From contig OZ024741.1 in NCBI GenBank assembly GCA_964016885.1, positions 245,334,001 through 245,398,000 on the forward strand: a stretch of DNA of 64,000 nt, read 5' to 3'. The position numbers were made by a program, and so were the translations under genes. Below the pieces are notes generated by a model, which searched no databases, was not told the origin of the DNA, and saw only the letters and a program-made list of their open reading frames with translations. Source of the stretch: Eledone cirrhosa (Eukaryota). How positions within the stretch are numbered: position 1 is the first letter of the stretch; the number at the start of each line of letters is the position of its first letter. This document shows positions 27,301-40,700 of the stretch, one piece after another.

Positions 27301-30300
27301 TTAATGGCTTTTTTAAATGGATTTTTTTAATGGATTTTTTCAATGGATTTTTTTTAATGGGTTTTTTAAATGGATTTTTTAATGGATTTTTTTAAATGGA
27401 TTTTTTTAATGGATTTTTAATGGATTTTTTTAAATTGATTTTTTTTAATGGATTTTTTTTAATGGATTTTTTTAATGGGTTTTTTTAATGGGTTTTTTAA
27501 ATGGATTTTTTAATGGATTTTTAATGGATTTTTAATGGATTTTTAATGGGTTTTTAATGGATTTTTTAAATGGATTTTTTTAATGGATTTTTTTTAATGG
27601 GTTTTTTAAATGGATTTTTTTAATGGATTTTTAATGTATTTTTAATGGATTTTTAATGGGTTTTTAATGGATTTTTTAAATGGATTTTTTTAATGGATTT
27701 TTTAAATTGATTTTTTTTAATGGGTTTTTTTAAATGGATTTTTTTTAATGGATTTTTTAAATGGATTTTTTAATGGCTTTTTTTAATGGGTTTTTTAAAT
27801 GGATTTTTTAATGGATTTTTAATGGATTTTTAATGCATTTTTAATGGATTTTTAATGGATTTTTTAATGAGTTTTTTAAATGGATTTTTTTAATGGATTT
27901 TTAATGGATTTTTTTCTATGGATTTTTTTAATGGATTTTTTTTAATGGATTTTTTTTTTAATGGATTTTTTTTTAATGGGTTTTTTTAATGGCTTTTTTA
28001 AATGGATTTTTTTAATGGATTTTTTTAATGGATTTTTTTAATGGATTTTTTTAATGGTTTTTTTAAATGGATTTTTTAATGGATTTTTAATGGATTTTTA
28101 ATGGATTTTTAATGGGTTTTTAATGGATTTTTTTAAATGGATTTTTTTAATGGATTTTTAATGGATTTTTTTAATGGATTTTTTTTAATGGTTTCTTTTA
28201 ATGGATTTTTTTTTAATGGATTTTTTTTAATGGGTTTTTTTTAATGGATTTTTTTTAATGGAATTTTTAAATGGATTTTTTTAATGGATTTTTTTTAATG
28301 GGTTTTTTTAAATGGATTTTTTTTAATGGATTTTTTAAATGAATTTTTTTAATGGATTTTTTTAATGGGTTTTTTAAATGGATTTTTTAATGGATTTTTA
28401 ATGGATTATTAATGGGTTTTTAATGGATTTTTTAATGGATTTTTTTAAATGAATTTTTTTAATGGATTTTTAATGGATTTTTTTTAATGGATTTTTTTAA
28501 TGGATTTTTTAATGGATTTTTTTATGGATTTTTTTTAATGGATTTTTTTTAATGGATTTTTTAAATGGATTTTTTTAATGGATTTTTTTAATGGGTTTTT
28601 TTAATGGATTTCTTTTTAATGGATTTATTAAATGGATTTTTTTAATGGATTTTTTTAATGGGTTTTTTAAATGGATTTTTTAATGTATTTTTAATGGATT
28701 TTTAATGGATTTTTAATGGGTTTTTAATGGATTTTTTTAAATGGATTTTTTTAATGGATTTATAATGGATTTTTTTAATGGATTTTTTTTAATGGGTTTT
28801 TTTTAATGGATTTTTTTTTAATGGATTTTTTTTAATGGGTTTTTTTTTTAATGGATTTTTTTTAATGGATTTTTTAAATGGATTTTTTTAATGGATTTTT
28901 TTTAATGGGTTTTTTTTAATGGATTTTTTAATGGATTTTTTTAAATGGATTTTTTTAATGTATTTTTAATGGATTTTTTTTAATGGATTTTTTAATGGAT
29001 TTTTTAATGGATTTTTTTTAATGGATTTTTTTTAATGGATTTTTTAAATGGATTTTTTTAATGGATTTTTTTAATGGGTTTTTTTAATGGATTTTTTTTT
29101 AATGGATTTTTTAAATGGATTTGTTTTAATGGATTTTTTTTAATGGGTTTTTTAAATGGATTTTTAATGGATTTTTAATGGATTTTTAATGGATTTTTAA
29201 TGGGTTTTTAATGGATTTTTTTAAATGGATTTTTTTAATGGATTTTTAATGGATTTTTTTAAATTGATTTTTTTTAATGGATTTTTTTTTAATGGATTTT
29301 TTTTTAATGGATTTTTTTTAATGGTTTTTTTAATGGGTTTTTTTAATGGATTTTTTAATGGATTTTTAATGGATTTTTAATGGGTTTTTAATGGATTTTT
29401 TTAAATGGATTTTTTTAATGGATTTTTAATGGATTTTTTTAAATTGATTTTTTTAATGGGTTTTTTTAATGGCTTTTTTTAATGGGTTTTTTTAATGGCT
29501 TTTTTAAATGGATTTTTTTAATGGATTTTTTTAATGGATTTTTTTAATGGGTTTTTTAAATGGATTTTTTAATGGATTTTTTTAAATGGATTTTTTTAAT
29601 GGATTTTTAATGGATTTTTTTAAATTGATTTTTTTTAATGGATTTTTTTTATTGGATTTTTTTTTTAATGGATTTTTTTAATGGGTTTTTTAAATGGATT
29701 TTTTAATGGATTTTTAATGGATTTTTAATGGATTTTTAATGGGTTTTTAATGGATTTTTAAATGGATTTTTTTAATGGATTTTTTTTAATGGGTTTTTTA
29801 AATGGATTTTTTTAATGGATTTTTAATGGATTTTTAATGGATTTTTAATGGGTTTTTAATGGATTTTTTAAATGGATTTTTTTATTGGATTTTTAATGGA
29901 TTTTTTAAATTGATTTTTTTTAATGGGTATTTTTAAATGGATTTTTTTTAATGGATTTTTTAAATGGATTTTTTAATGGCTTTTTTAAATGGGTTTTTTA
30001 AATGGATTTTTTAATGGATTTTTAATGGATTTTTAATGGATTTTTAATGGATTTTTAATAGATTTTTTAATGACTTTTTTAAATGGATTTTTTTAATGGA
30101 TTTTTAATGGATTTTTTTTAATGGATTTTTTTTAATGGATTTTTTTTAATGGATTTTTTTTTTTTAATGGATTTTTTTGTAATGGGTTTTTTTAATGGCT
30201 TTTTTAAATGGATTTTTTTAATGGATTTTTTTAATGGGTTTTTTAAATGGATTTTTTAATGGATTTTTAATGGATTTTTAATGGATTTTTAATGGGTTTT

Positions 30301-31000
30301 TAATGGATTTTTTTTAAATGGATTTTTTTAATGGATTTTTAATGGATTTTTTTAATGGATTTTTTTTAATGAGTTTTTTTTAATGGATTTTTTTTTAATG
30401 GATTTTTTTTAATGGGTTTTTTAATGGATTTTTTTAATGGATTTTTTAAATGGATTTTTTTAATGGATTTTTTTTAATGGGTTTTTTTAAATGGATTTTT
30501 TTTAATGGATTTTTTAAATGAATTTTTTTAATGGATTTTTTTAATCGGTTTTTTAAATGGATTTTTTAATGGATTTTTAATGGATTTTAATGGGTTTTTA
30601 ATGGATTTTTTAATGGATTTTTTTAAATGGATTTTTTTAATGGATTTTTAATGGATTTTTTTTAATGGATTTTTTTAATGGATTTTTTAATGGATTTTTT
30701 TATGGATTTTTTTTAATGGATTTTTTTTAATGGATTTTTTAAATGGATTTTTTTAATGGATTTTTTTAATGGGTTTTTTTTAATGGATTTTTTTTTAATG
30801 GATTTTTTAAATGGATTTTTTTAATGGATTTTTTTTAATGGGTTTTTTAAATGGATTTTTTTATGGATTTTTAATGGATTTTTAATGGATTTTTAATGGG
30901 TTTTTAATGGATTTTTTTAAATGGATTTTTTTAATGGATTTTTAATGGATTTTTTTAAATTGATTTTTTTTAGTGGATTTTTTTTTAATGGATTTTTTTT
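17930..31000 (+). repeat. Subfamily B higher-order repeat, three tandem copies (periods about 3.16-3.46 kb, then about 4.9-5.0 kb)
   Basis: TTCAATGG C18904/22360/27341, TTCTATGG C19479/22934/27916, GATTATTAAT 19971/23425/28408, ATGCAT 19396/22851/27833, GGATTTATTTT 17954/21116/26097, AATCGG C25639/C30546. Confidence 0.9.
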
Positions 31001-32529
31001 TAATGGATTTTTTTTTAATGGATTTTTTTTAATGGGTTTTTTAAATGGATTTTTTAATGGATTTTTAATGGATTTTTAATGGGTTTTTAATGGATTTTTT
31101 TAAATGGATTTTTTTAATGGATTTTTAATGGATTTTTTTAAATTGATTTTTTTAATGGGTTTTTTTTTAATGGCTTTTTTTTAATGGGTTTTTTTAATGG
31201 CTTTTTTAAATGGATTTTTTTAATGGATTTTTTTAATGGATTTTTTTTAATGGGTTTTTTAAATGGATTTTTTAATGGATTTTTTTAAATGGATTTTTTT
31301 AATGGATTTTTAATGGATTTTTTTAAATTGATTTTTTTTGGATTTTTTTTAATGGATTTTTTTTTTTATGGATTTTTTTAATGGGTTTTTTTAATGGCTT
31401 TTTTAAATGGATTTTTTAATGGATTTTTTTAATGGATTTTTCTTAATGGGTTTTTTAAATGGATTTTTTAATGGATTTTTAATGGATTTTTAATGGATTT
31501 TTAATGGGTTTTTAATGGATTTTTTAAATGGATTTTTTTAATGGATTTTTTTTAATGGGTTTTTAAATGGATTTTTTTAATGGATTTTTAATGGATTTTT
31601 AATGGATTTTTAATGGGTTTTTAATGGATTTTTTAAATGGATTTTTTTAATGGATTTTTAATGGATTTTTTAAATTGATTTTTTTTAATGGGTTTTTTTA
31701 AATGGATTTTTTTTAATGGATTTTTTAAATGGATTTTATAATGGCTTTTTTTAATGGGTTTTTTAAATAGATTTTTTAATGAATTTTTAATGGATTTTTA
31801 ATGGATTTTTAATGGATTTTTAATGGATTTTTTAATGACTTTTTTTAAATGGATTTTTTTAATGGATTTTTAATGGATTTTTTTTAATGGATTTTTTTTA
31901 ATGGATTTTTTTAATGGATTTTTTTTTTTTTTATGGATTTTTTTTAATGGGTTTTTTTAATGGCTTTTTTAAATGGATTTTTTTAATGGATTTTTTTAAT
32001 GGATTTTTTAAATGGGTTTTTTAAATGGATTTTTTAATGTATTTTTAATGGATTTTTAATGGATTTTTAATGGTTTTTTAATGGATTTTTAATGGATTTT
32101 TTTAATGGATTTTTAATGGATTTTTTTAATGGATTTTTTTTAATTGGTTTTTTTAATGGATTTTTTTTAATGAATTTTTTTTAATGGGTTTTTTTTAATG
32201 GATTTTTTTTAATGGATTTTTTAAATGGATTTTTTTAATGGGTTTTTTTATAGGGTTTTTTTAAATGGATTTTTTTAAATGGATTTTTTAAATGAATTTT
32301 TTTAATGGATTTTTTTAATGGGTTTTTTAAATGGATTTTTTAATGGATTTTTAATGGATTTTTAATGGGTTTTTAATGGATTTTTTAATGGATTTTTTTA
32401 AATGGATTTTTTTAATGGATTTTTAATGGATTTGTTTTAATGGATTTTTTTAATGGATTTTTTAATGGATTTTTTTATGGATTTTTTTTAATGGATTTTT
32501 TTTAATGGATTTTTTAAATGGATTTTTTT

Positions 32530-34750
32530 AATGGATTTTTTTAATGGATTTTTTTTAATGGGTTTTTTTAAATGGATTTTTTTTAATGGATTTTTTAAAT
32601 TAATTTTTTTAATGGATTTTTTTAATGGGTTTTTTTAAATGGATTTTTTTTAATGGATTTTTTAAATGAATTTTTTTAATGGATTTTTTTAATGGGTTTT
32701 TTAAATGGATTTTTTAATGGATTTTTAATGGATTTTTAATGGGTTTTTAATGGATTTTTTAATGGATTTTTTTAAATGGATTTTTATAATGGATTTTTAA
32801 TGGATTTTTTTTAATGGATTTTTTTAATGGATTTTTTAATGGATTTTTTTATGGATTTATTTTAATGGATTTTTTTTAATGGATTTTTTAAATTGATTTT
32901 TTTAATGGATTTTTTTTTAATGGATTTTTTAAATGGATTTTTTAATGTATTTTTAATGGATTTTTAATGGATTTTTAATGGGTTTTTAATGGATTTTTTT
33001 AAATGGATTTTTTTAATGGATTTTTAATGGATTTTTTTAATGGATTTTTTTTAATGGGTTTTTTTTAATGGATTTTTTTTTAATGGATTTTTTTTAATGG
33101 GTTTTTTTTTTAATGGATTTTTTTTAATGGATTTTTTAAATGGATTTTTTTAATGGATTTTTTTTAATGGGTTTTTTTAAATGGATTTTTTTAAATGGAT
33201 TTTTTTTAATGGATTTTTTAAATGAATTTTTTTAATGGATTTTTTTAATGGGTTTTTTAAATGGATTTTTTAATGGATTTTTAATGGATTTTTAATGGGT
33301 TTTTAATGGATTTTTTAATGGATTTTTTTAAATGGATTTTTTTAATGGATTTTTAATGGATTTTTTTTAATGGATTTTTTTAATGGATTTTTTAATGGAT
33401 TTTTTTTAATGGGTTTTTTTAAATGGATTTTTTTTAATGGATTTTTTAAATTAATTTTTTTAATGGATTTTTTTAATGGGTTTTTTTAAATGGATTTTTT
33501 TTAATGGATTTTTTAAATGAATTTTTTTAATGGATTTTTTTAATGGGTTTTTTAAATGGATTTTTTAATGGATTTTTAATGGATTTTTAATGGGTTTTTA
33601 ATTGGATTTTTTAATGGATTTTTTTAAATGGATTTTTATAATGGATTTTTAATGGATTTTTTTTAATGGATTTTTTTAATGGATTTTTTAATGGATTTTT
33701 TTATGGATTTTTTTTAATGGATTTTTTTTAATGGATTTTTTAAATGGATTTTTTAAATGTATTTTTTTAATGGATTTTTTTAATGGATTTCTTTTTAATG
33801 GATTTTTTAAATGGATTTTTTTAATGGATTTTTTTAATGGGTTTTTTAAATGGATTTTTTAATGTATTTTTAATGGATTTTTAATGGATTTTTAATGGGT
33901 TTTTAATGGATTTTTTTAAATGGATTTTTTTAATGGATTTTTAATGGATTTTTTTAATGGATTTTTTTTAATGGGTTTTTTTTTAATGGATTTTTTTTAA
34001 TGGATTTTTTTTTTAATGGATTTTTTTTAATGGATTTTTTAAATGGATTTTTTTAATGGATTTTTTTTAATGGGTTTTTTTTTTATGGATTTTTTTTAAT
34101 GGATTTTTAATGGATTTTTTAATGACTTTTTTTAAATGTATTTTTTTAATGGATTTTTAATGGATTTTTTTTAATGGATTTTTTTTTTTTAATGGATTTT
34201 TTTTAATGGGTTTTTTTAATGGCTTTTTTAAATGGATTTTTTTAATGGATTTTTTTAATGGATTTTTTTAATGGGTTTTTTAAATGGATTTTTTACTGGA
34301 TTTTTAATGGATTTTTAATGGATTTTTTATGGGTTTTTAATGGATTTTTTTAATGGATTTTTTTAATGGATTTTTAACGGATTTTTTTAATGGATTTTTT
34401 TTAATGGGTTTTTTTTAATGGATTTTTTTTTAATGGATTTTTTTTAATGGGTTTTTTTAATGGATTTTTTTTAATGGATTTTTTAAATGGATTTTTTTAA
34501 TGGATTTTTTTTAATGGGTTTTTTTAAATGGATTTTTTTTAATGGATTTTTTTAATGAATTTTTTTAATGGATTTTTTTAATGGGTTTTTTAAATGGATT
34601 TTTTAATGGATTTTTAATGGATTTTTAATGGGTTTTTAATGGATTTTTTAATGGATTTTTTTAAATGGATTTTTTTAATGGATTTTTAATGGATTTTTTT
34701 TAATGGATTTTTTTAATGGATTTTTTAATGGATTTTTTTATGGATTTTTT
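32530..34750 (+). repeat. Long-range duplicated block, copy 2 (of 1-2250)
   Basis: Same marker order as 1-2250. It lacks two monomers near 32900, which shifts the offset from 32,527 to 32,501. Confidence 0.92.
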
Positions 34751-37613
34751 TTAATGGTTTTTTTTAATGGATTTTTTAAATGGATTTTTTTAATGGATTT
34801 TGTTAATGGTTTTTTTTAATGTTTTTTTTTAATGGATTTTTAAATGGATTTTTTTAATGGATTTTTTTTAATGGGTTTTTTAAATGGATTTTTTAATGGA
34901 TTTTTAATGGATTTTTAATGGATTTTTAATGGGTTTTTAATGGATTTTTTTAAATGGATTTTTTTAATGGATTTTTAATGGATTTTTTTTAATGGATTTT
35001 TTTTTTAATGGATTTTTTTTTAATGGATTTTTTTTTTAATGGATTTTTTTTAATGGGTTTTTTAAATGGATTTTTTAATGGATTTTTAATGGATTTTTAA
35101 TGGGTTTTTAATGGATTTTTTTAAATGGATTTTTTTAATGGATTTTTAATGGATTTTTTTAAATTGATTTTTTTAATGGGTTTTTTTAATGGCTTTTTTT
35201 AAATGGGTTTTTTTAATGGCTTTTTTAAATGGATTTTTTTAATGGATTTTTTTAATGGATTTTTTTTAATGGGTTTTTTAAATGGATTTTTTAATGGATT
35301 TTTTTAAATGGATTTTTTTAATGGATTTTTAATGGATTTTTTTAAATTGATTTTTTTTAATGGATTTTTTTAATGGATTTTTTTTTTAATGGATTTTTTT
35401 AATGGGTTTTTTTAATGGCTTTTTTAAATGGATTTTTTAAATGGATTTTTTTAATGGATTTTTTTGAATAGGTTTTTTAAATGGATTTTTAATGGATTTT
35501 TAATGGATTTTTAATGGGTTTTTAATGGATTTTTTTAATGGATTTTTAATGGATTTTTTAAATTGATTTTTTTTAATGGGTTTTTTTAAATGGATTTTTT
35601 TTAATGGATTTTTTAATGGCTTTTTTTAATGGGTTTTTTAAATGGATTTTTTAATGGATTTTTAATGGATTTTTTTTTTTTAATGGATTTTTTTTAATGG
35701 GTTTTTTAATGGCTTTTTTAAATTGATTTTTTTAATGGATTTTTTTAATGGATTTTTTTAATGGATTTTTTTAATGGGTTTTTTAAATGGATTTTTTAAT
35801 GGATTTTTAATGGATTTTTTAATGGATTTTTAATGGATTTTTAATGGGTTTTTAATGGATTTTTTAATGGATTTTTTTAAATGAATTTTTTTAATGGATT
35901 TTTAATGGATTTTTTTTAATGGATTTTTTTAATGGATTTTTTAATGGATTTTTTTATGGATTTTTTTTAATGGATTTTTTTTAATGGATTTTTTAAATGG
36001 ATTTTTTTAATGGATTTTTTTAATGGGTTTTTTTAATGGATTTCTTTTTAATGGATTTATTAAATGGATTTTTTTAATGGATTTTTTTAATGGGTTTTTA
36101 AATGGATTTTTTAATGTATTTTTAATGGATTTTTAATGGATTTTTAATGGGTTTTTAATGGATTTTTTTAAATGGATTTTTTTAATGGATTTATAATGGA
36201 TTTTTTTAATGGATTTTTTTTAATGGGTTTTTTTTAATGGATTTTTTTTTAATGGATTTTTTTTAATGGGTTTTTTTTTTAATGGATTTTTTTAAATGGA
36301 TTTTTTAAATGGATTTTTTTAATGGATTTTTTTAATGGGTTTTTTTAAATGGATTTTTTTAAATGGATTTTTTTTAATGGATTTTTTAAATGAATTTTTT
36401 TAATGGATTTTTTTAATGGGTTTTTTAAATGGATTTTTTAATGGATTTTTAATGGATTTTTAATGGGTTTTTAATGGATTTTTTAATGGATTTTTTTAAA
36501 TGGATTTTTTTAATGGATTTTTAATGGATTTTTTTTAATGGATTTTTTTAATGGATTTTTTAATGGATTTTTTTATGGATTTTTTTTAATGGATTTTTTT
36601 TAATGGATTTTTTAAATGGATTTTTTTAATGGATTTTTTTAATGGGTTTTTTTTAATGGATTTTTTTTTAATGGATTTTTTAAATGGATTTTTTTAATGG
36701 ATTTTTTTTAATGGGTTTTTTTAATGGATTTTTTAATGGATTTTTAATGGATTTTTAATGGATTTTTAATGGGTTTTTAATGGATTTTTTTAAATGGATT
36801 TTTTTAATGGATTTTTAATGGATTTTTTTAAATTGATTTTTTTTAATGGATTTTTTTTTTAATGGATTTTTATTTAATGGATTTTTTTTAAATGGATTTT
36901 TTTTAATGGGTTTTTTAAATGGATTTTTTAATGGATTTTTAATGGATTTTTAATGGGTTTTTAATGGATTTTTTAAATGGATTTTTTTAATGGATTTTTA
37001 ATGGATTTTTTTAAATTGATTTTTTTAATGGGTTTTTTTTTAATGGCTTTTTTTTAATGGGTTTTTTTAATGGCTTTTTTAAATGGATTTTTTTAATGGA
37101 TTTTTTTAATGGATTTTTTTTAATGGGTTTTTTAAATGGATTTTTTAATGGATTTTTTTAAATGGATTTTTTTAATGGATTTTTAATGGATTTTTTTAAA
37201 TTGATTTTTTTTAATGGATTTTTTTTAATGGATTTTTTTTTTAATGGATTTTTTTAATGGGTTTTTTAAATGGATTTTTTAATGGATTTTTAATGGATTT
37301 TTAATGGATTTTTAATGGGTTTTTAATGGATTTTTTAAATGGATTTTTTTAATGGATTTTTTTAATGGGTTTTTTAAATGGATTTTTTTAATGGATTTTT
37401 AATGTATTTTTAATGGATTTTTAATGGGTTTTTAATGGATTTTTTAAATGGATTTTTTTAATGGATTTTTTTAATGGGTTTTTTTTAATGGGTTTTTTTA
37501 AATGGATTTTTTTTAATGGATTTTTTAAATGGATTTTTTAATGGCTTTTTTTAATGGGTTTTTTAAATGGATTTTTTAATGGATTTTTAATGGATTTTTA
37601 ATGCATTTTTAAT

Positions 37614-37773
37614 GGATTTTTAATGGATTTTTTAATGAGTTTTTTAAATGGATTTTTTTAATGGATTTTTAATGGATTTTTTTCTATGGATTTGGATTTT
37701 TAATGGATTTTTTAATGAGTTTTTTAAATGGATTTTTTTAATGGATTTTTAATGGATTTTTTTCTATGGATTT
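37614..37773 (+). repeat. 80 bp tandem duplication with an out-of-register junction
   Basis: AATGAG...TTCTATGGA is repeated (C37684, C37764). The junction reads CTATGGATTTGGATTTTT with no AA. Confidence 0.9.
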
Positions 37774-40700
37774 TTTTAATGGATTTTTTTAATGGATTTT
37801 TTTTTTAATGGATTTTTTTTTAATGGGTTTTTTTAATGGCTTTTTTAAATGGATTTTTTAATGGATTTTTAATGGATTTTTAATGGGTTTTTTTAAATTG
37901 ATTTTTTTAATGGGTTTTTTTTAATGGCTTTTTTTAATGGCTTTTTTTAATGGCTTTTTTAAATGGATTTTTTTAATGGATTTTTTAATGGATTTTTTTT
38001 AATGGGTTTTTTAAATGGATTTTTTAATGGATTTTTTTTTAATGGATTTTTTTAATGGATTTTTAATTGATTTTTTTAAATTGATTTTTTTTAATGGATT
38101 TTTTTTAATGGATTTTTTTTTTAATGGATTTTTTTAATGGGTTTTTTTAATGGCTTTTTTAAATGAATTTTTTTAATGGTTTTTTTTTAATGGGTTTTTT
38201 AAATGGATTTTTTAATGGATTTTTAATTGATTTTTAATGGATTTTTAATGGGTTTTTAATGGATTTTTGAAATGGATTTTTTAATGGATTTTTTTAATGG
38301 GTTTTTTAAATGGATTTTTTTAATGGATTTTTAATGGATTTTTTAAATGGATTTTTTTAATGGATTTTTTTGAATAGGTTTTTTAAATGGATTTTTAATG
38401 GATTTTTAATGGATTTTTAATGGGTTTTTAATGGATTTTTTTAATGGATTTTTAATGGATTTTTTAAATTGATTTTTTTTAATGGGTTTTTTTAAATGGA
38501 TTTTTTTTAATGGATTTTTTAAATGGATTTTTTAATGGCTTTTTTTAATGGGTTTTTTAAATGGATTTTTTAATGGATTTTTAATGGATTTTTAATGCAT
38601 TTTTAATGGATTTTTAATGGATTTTTTAATGACTTTTTTTAAATGGATTTTTAATGGATTTTTTCTATGGATTTTTTTTAATGGATTTTTTTTAATGGAT
38701 TTTTTTTTTTAATGGATTTTTTTTTAATGGGTTTTTTTAATGGCTTTTTTAAATGGATTTTATTAATGGATTTTTTTAATGGATTTTTTTAATGGATTTT
38801 TTTAATGGTTTTTTTAAATGGATTTTTTAATGGATTTTTAATGGATTTTTAATGGATTTTTAATGGGTTTTTAATGGATTTTTTAAATGGATTTTTTTAA
38901 TGGATTTTTAATGGATTTTTTTAATGGATTTTTTTTAATGGTTTCTTTTAATGGATTTTTTTTTAATGGATTTTTTTTAATGGGTTTTTTTTTTAATGGA
39001 TTTTTTTTAATGGATTTTTTTAATGGATTTTTTAATGGATTTTTAATGGATTTTTTTTAATGGATTTTTTTTAATGGATTTTTTAAATGGATTTTTTTAA
39101 TTGATTTTTTTAATGGTTTTTTTTTAATGGTTTTTTTTTAATGGATTTTTAAATGGATTTTTTTAATGGATTTTTTTAATGGGTTTTTTAAATGGATTTT
39201 TTAATGGATTTTTAATGGATTTTTAATGGATTTTTAATGGGTTTTTAATGGATTTTTTTAAATGGATTTTTTTAATGGATTTTTAATGGATTTTTTTAAA
39301 TTGATTTTTTTAATGGATTTTTTTTTTAATGGATTTTTTTTAATGGATTTTTGTTTTAATGGATTTTTTTTAATGGGTTTTTTAAATGGATTTTTTAATG
39401 GATTTTTAATGGATTTTTAATGGGTTTTTAATGGATTTTTTTAAATGGATTTTTTTAATGGATTTTTAATGGATTTTTTTAAATTGATTTTTTTAATGGG
39501 TTTTTTTAATGGCTTTTTTTTAATGGGTTTTTTTAATGGCTTTTTTAAATGGATTTTTTAAATGGATTTTTTTAATGGATTTTTTTTAATGGGTTTTTTA
39601 AATGGATTTTTTAATGGATTTTTTTAAATGTTTTTTTTAATGGATTTTTAATGGATTTTTTTAAATTGATTTTTTTAATGGATTTTTTTTAATGGATTTT
39701 TTTTTAATGGATTTTTTTAATGGGTTTTTTTAATGGCTTTTTTAAATGGATTTTTTTAATGGATTTTTTTATTGGATTTTTTTAATGGGTTTTTTAATGG
39801 ATTTTTAATGGATTTTTTTAAATTGATTTTTTTTAATGGATTTTTTTTTTAATGGATTTTTTTTTAATGGATTTTTTTTTAATGGATTTTTTTTAATGGG
39901 TTTTTTAAATGGATTTTTTAATGGATTTTTAATGGATTTTTAATGGGTTTTTAATGGATTTTTTTAAATGGATTTTTTTAATGGATTTTTAATGGATTTT
40001 TTTAAATTGATTTTTTTAATGGGTTTTTTTTAATGGCTTTTTTTAATGGGTTTTTTTAATGGATTTTTTTAATGGATTTTTTTAATGGATTTTTTTTAAT
40101 GGGTTTTTTAAATGGATTTTTTAATGGATTTTTTTAAATGGATTTTTTTAATGGATTTTTAATGGATTTTTTTAAATTGATTTTTTTTAATGGATTTTTT
40201 TTTTAATGGATTTTTTTTTAATGGATTTTTTTTAATGGATTTTTTTAATGGGTTTTTTAAATGGATTTTTTAATGGATTTTTAATGGATTTATAATGGGT
40301 TTTTTTAAATTGATTTTTTTAATGGGTTTTTTTAATGGCTTTTTTTAAATGGGTTTTTTTAATGGCTTTTTTAAATGGATTTTTTTAATGGATTTTTTAA
40401 TGGATTTTTTTTAATGGGTTTTTTAAATGGATTTTTTAATGGATTTTTTTAAATGGATTTTTTTAATGGATTTTTAATGGATTTTTTTAAATTGATTTTT
40501 TTTAATTGATTTTTTTTAATGGATTTTTTTCTTAATGGATTTTTTTAATGGGTTTTTTTAATGGCTTTTTTAAATGGATTTTTTTAATGGTTTTTTTTTA
40601 ATGGGTTTTTTAAATGGATTTTTTAATGGATTTTTAATTGATTTTTAATGGATTTTTAATGGGTTTTTAATGGATTTTTGAAATGGATTTTTTAATGGAT

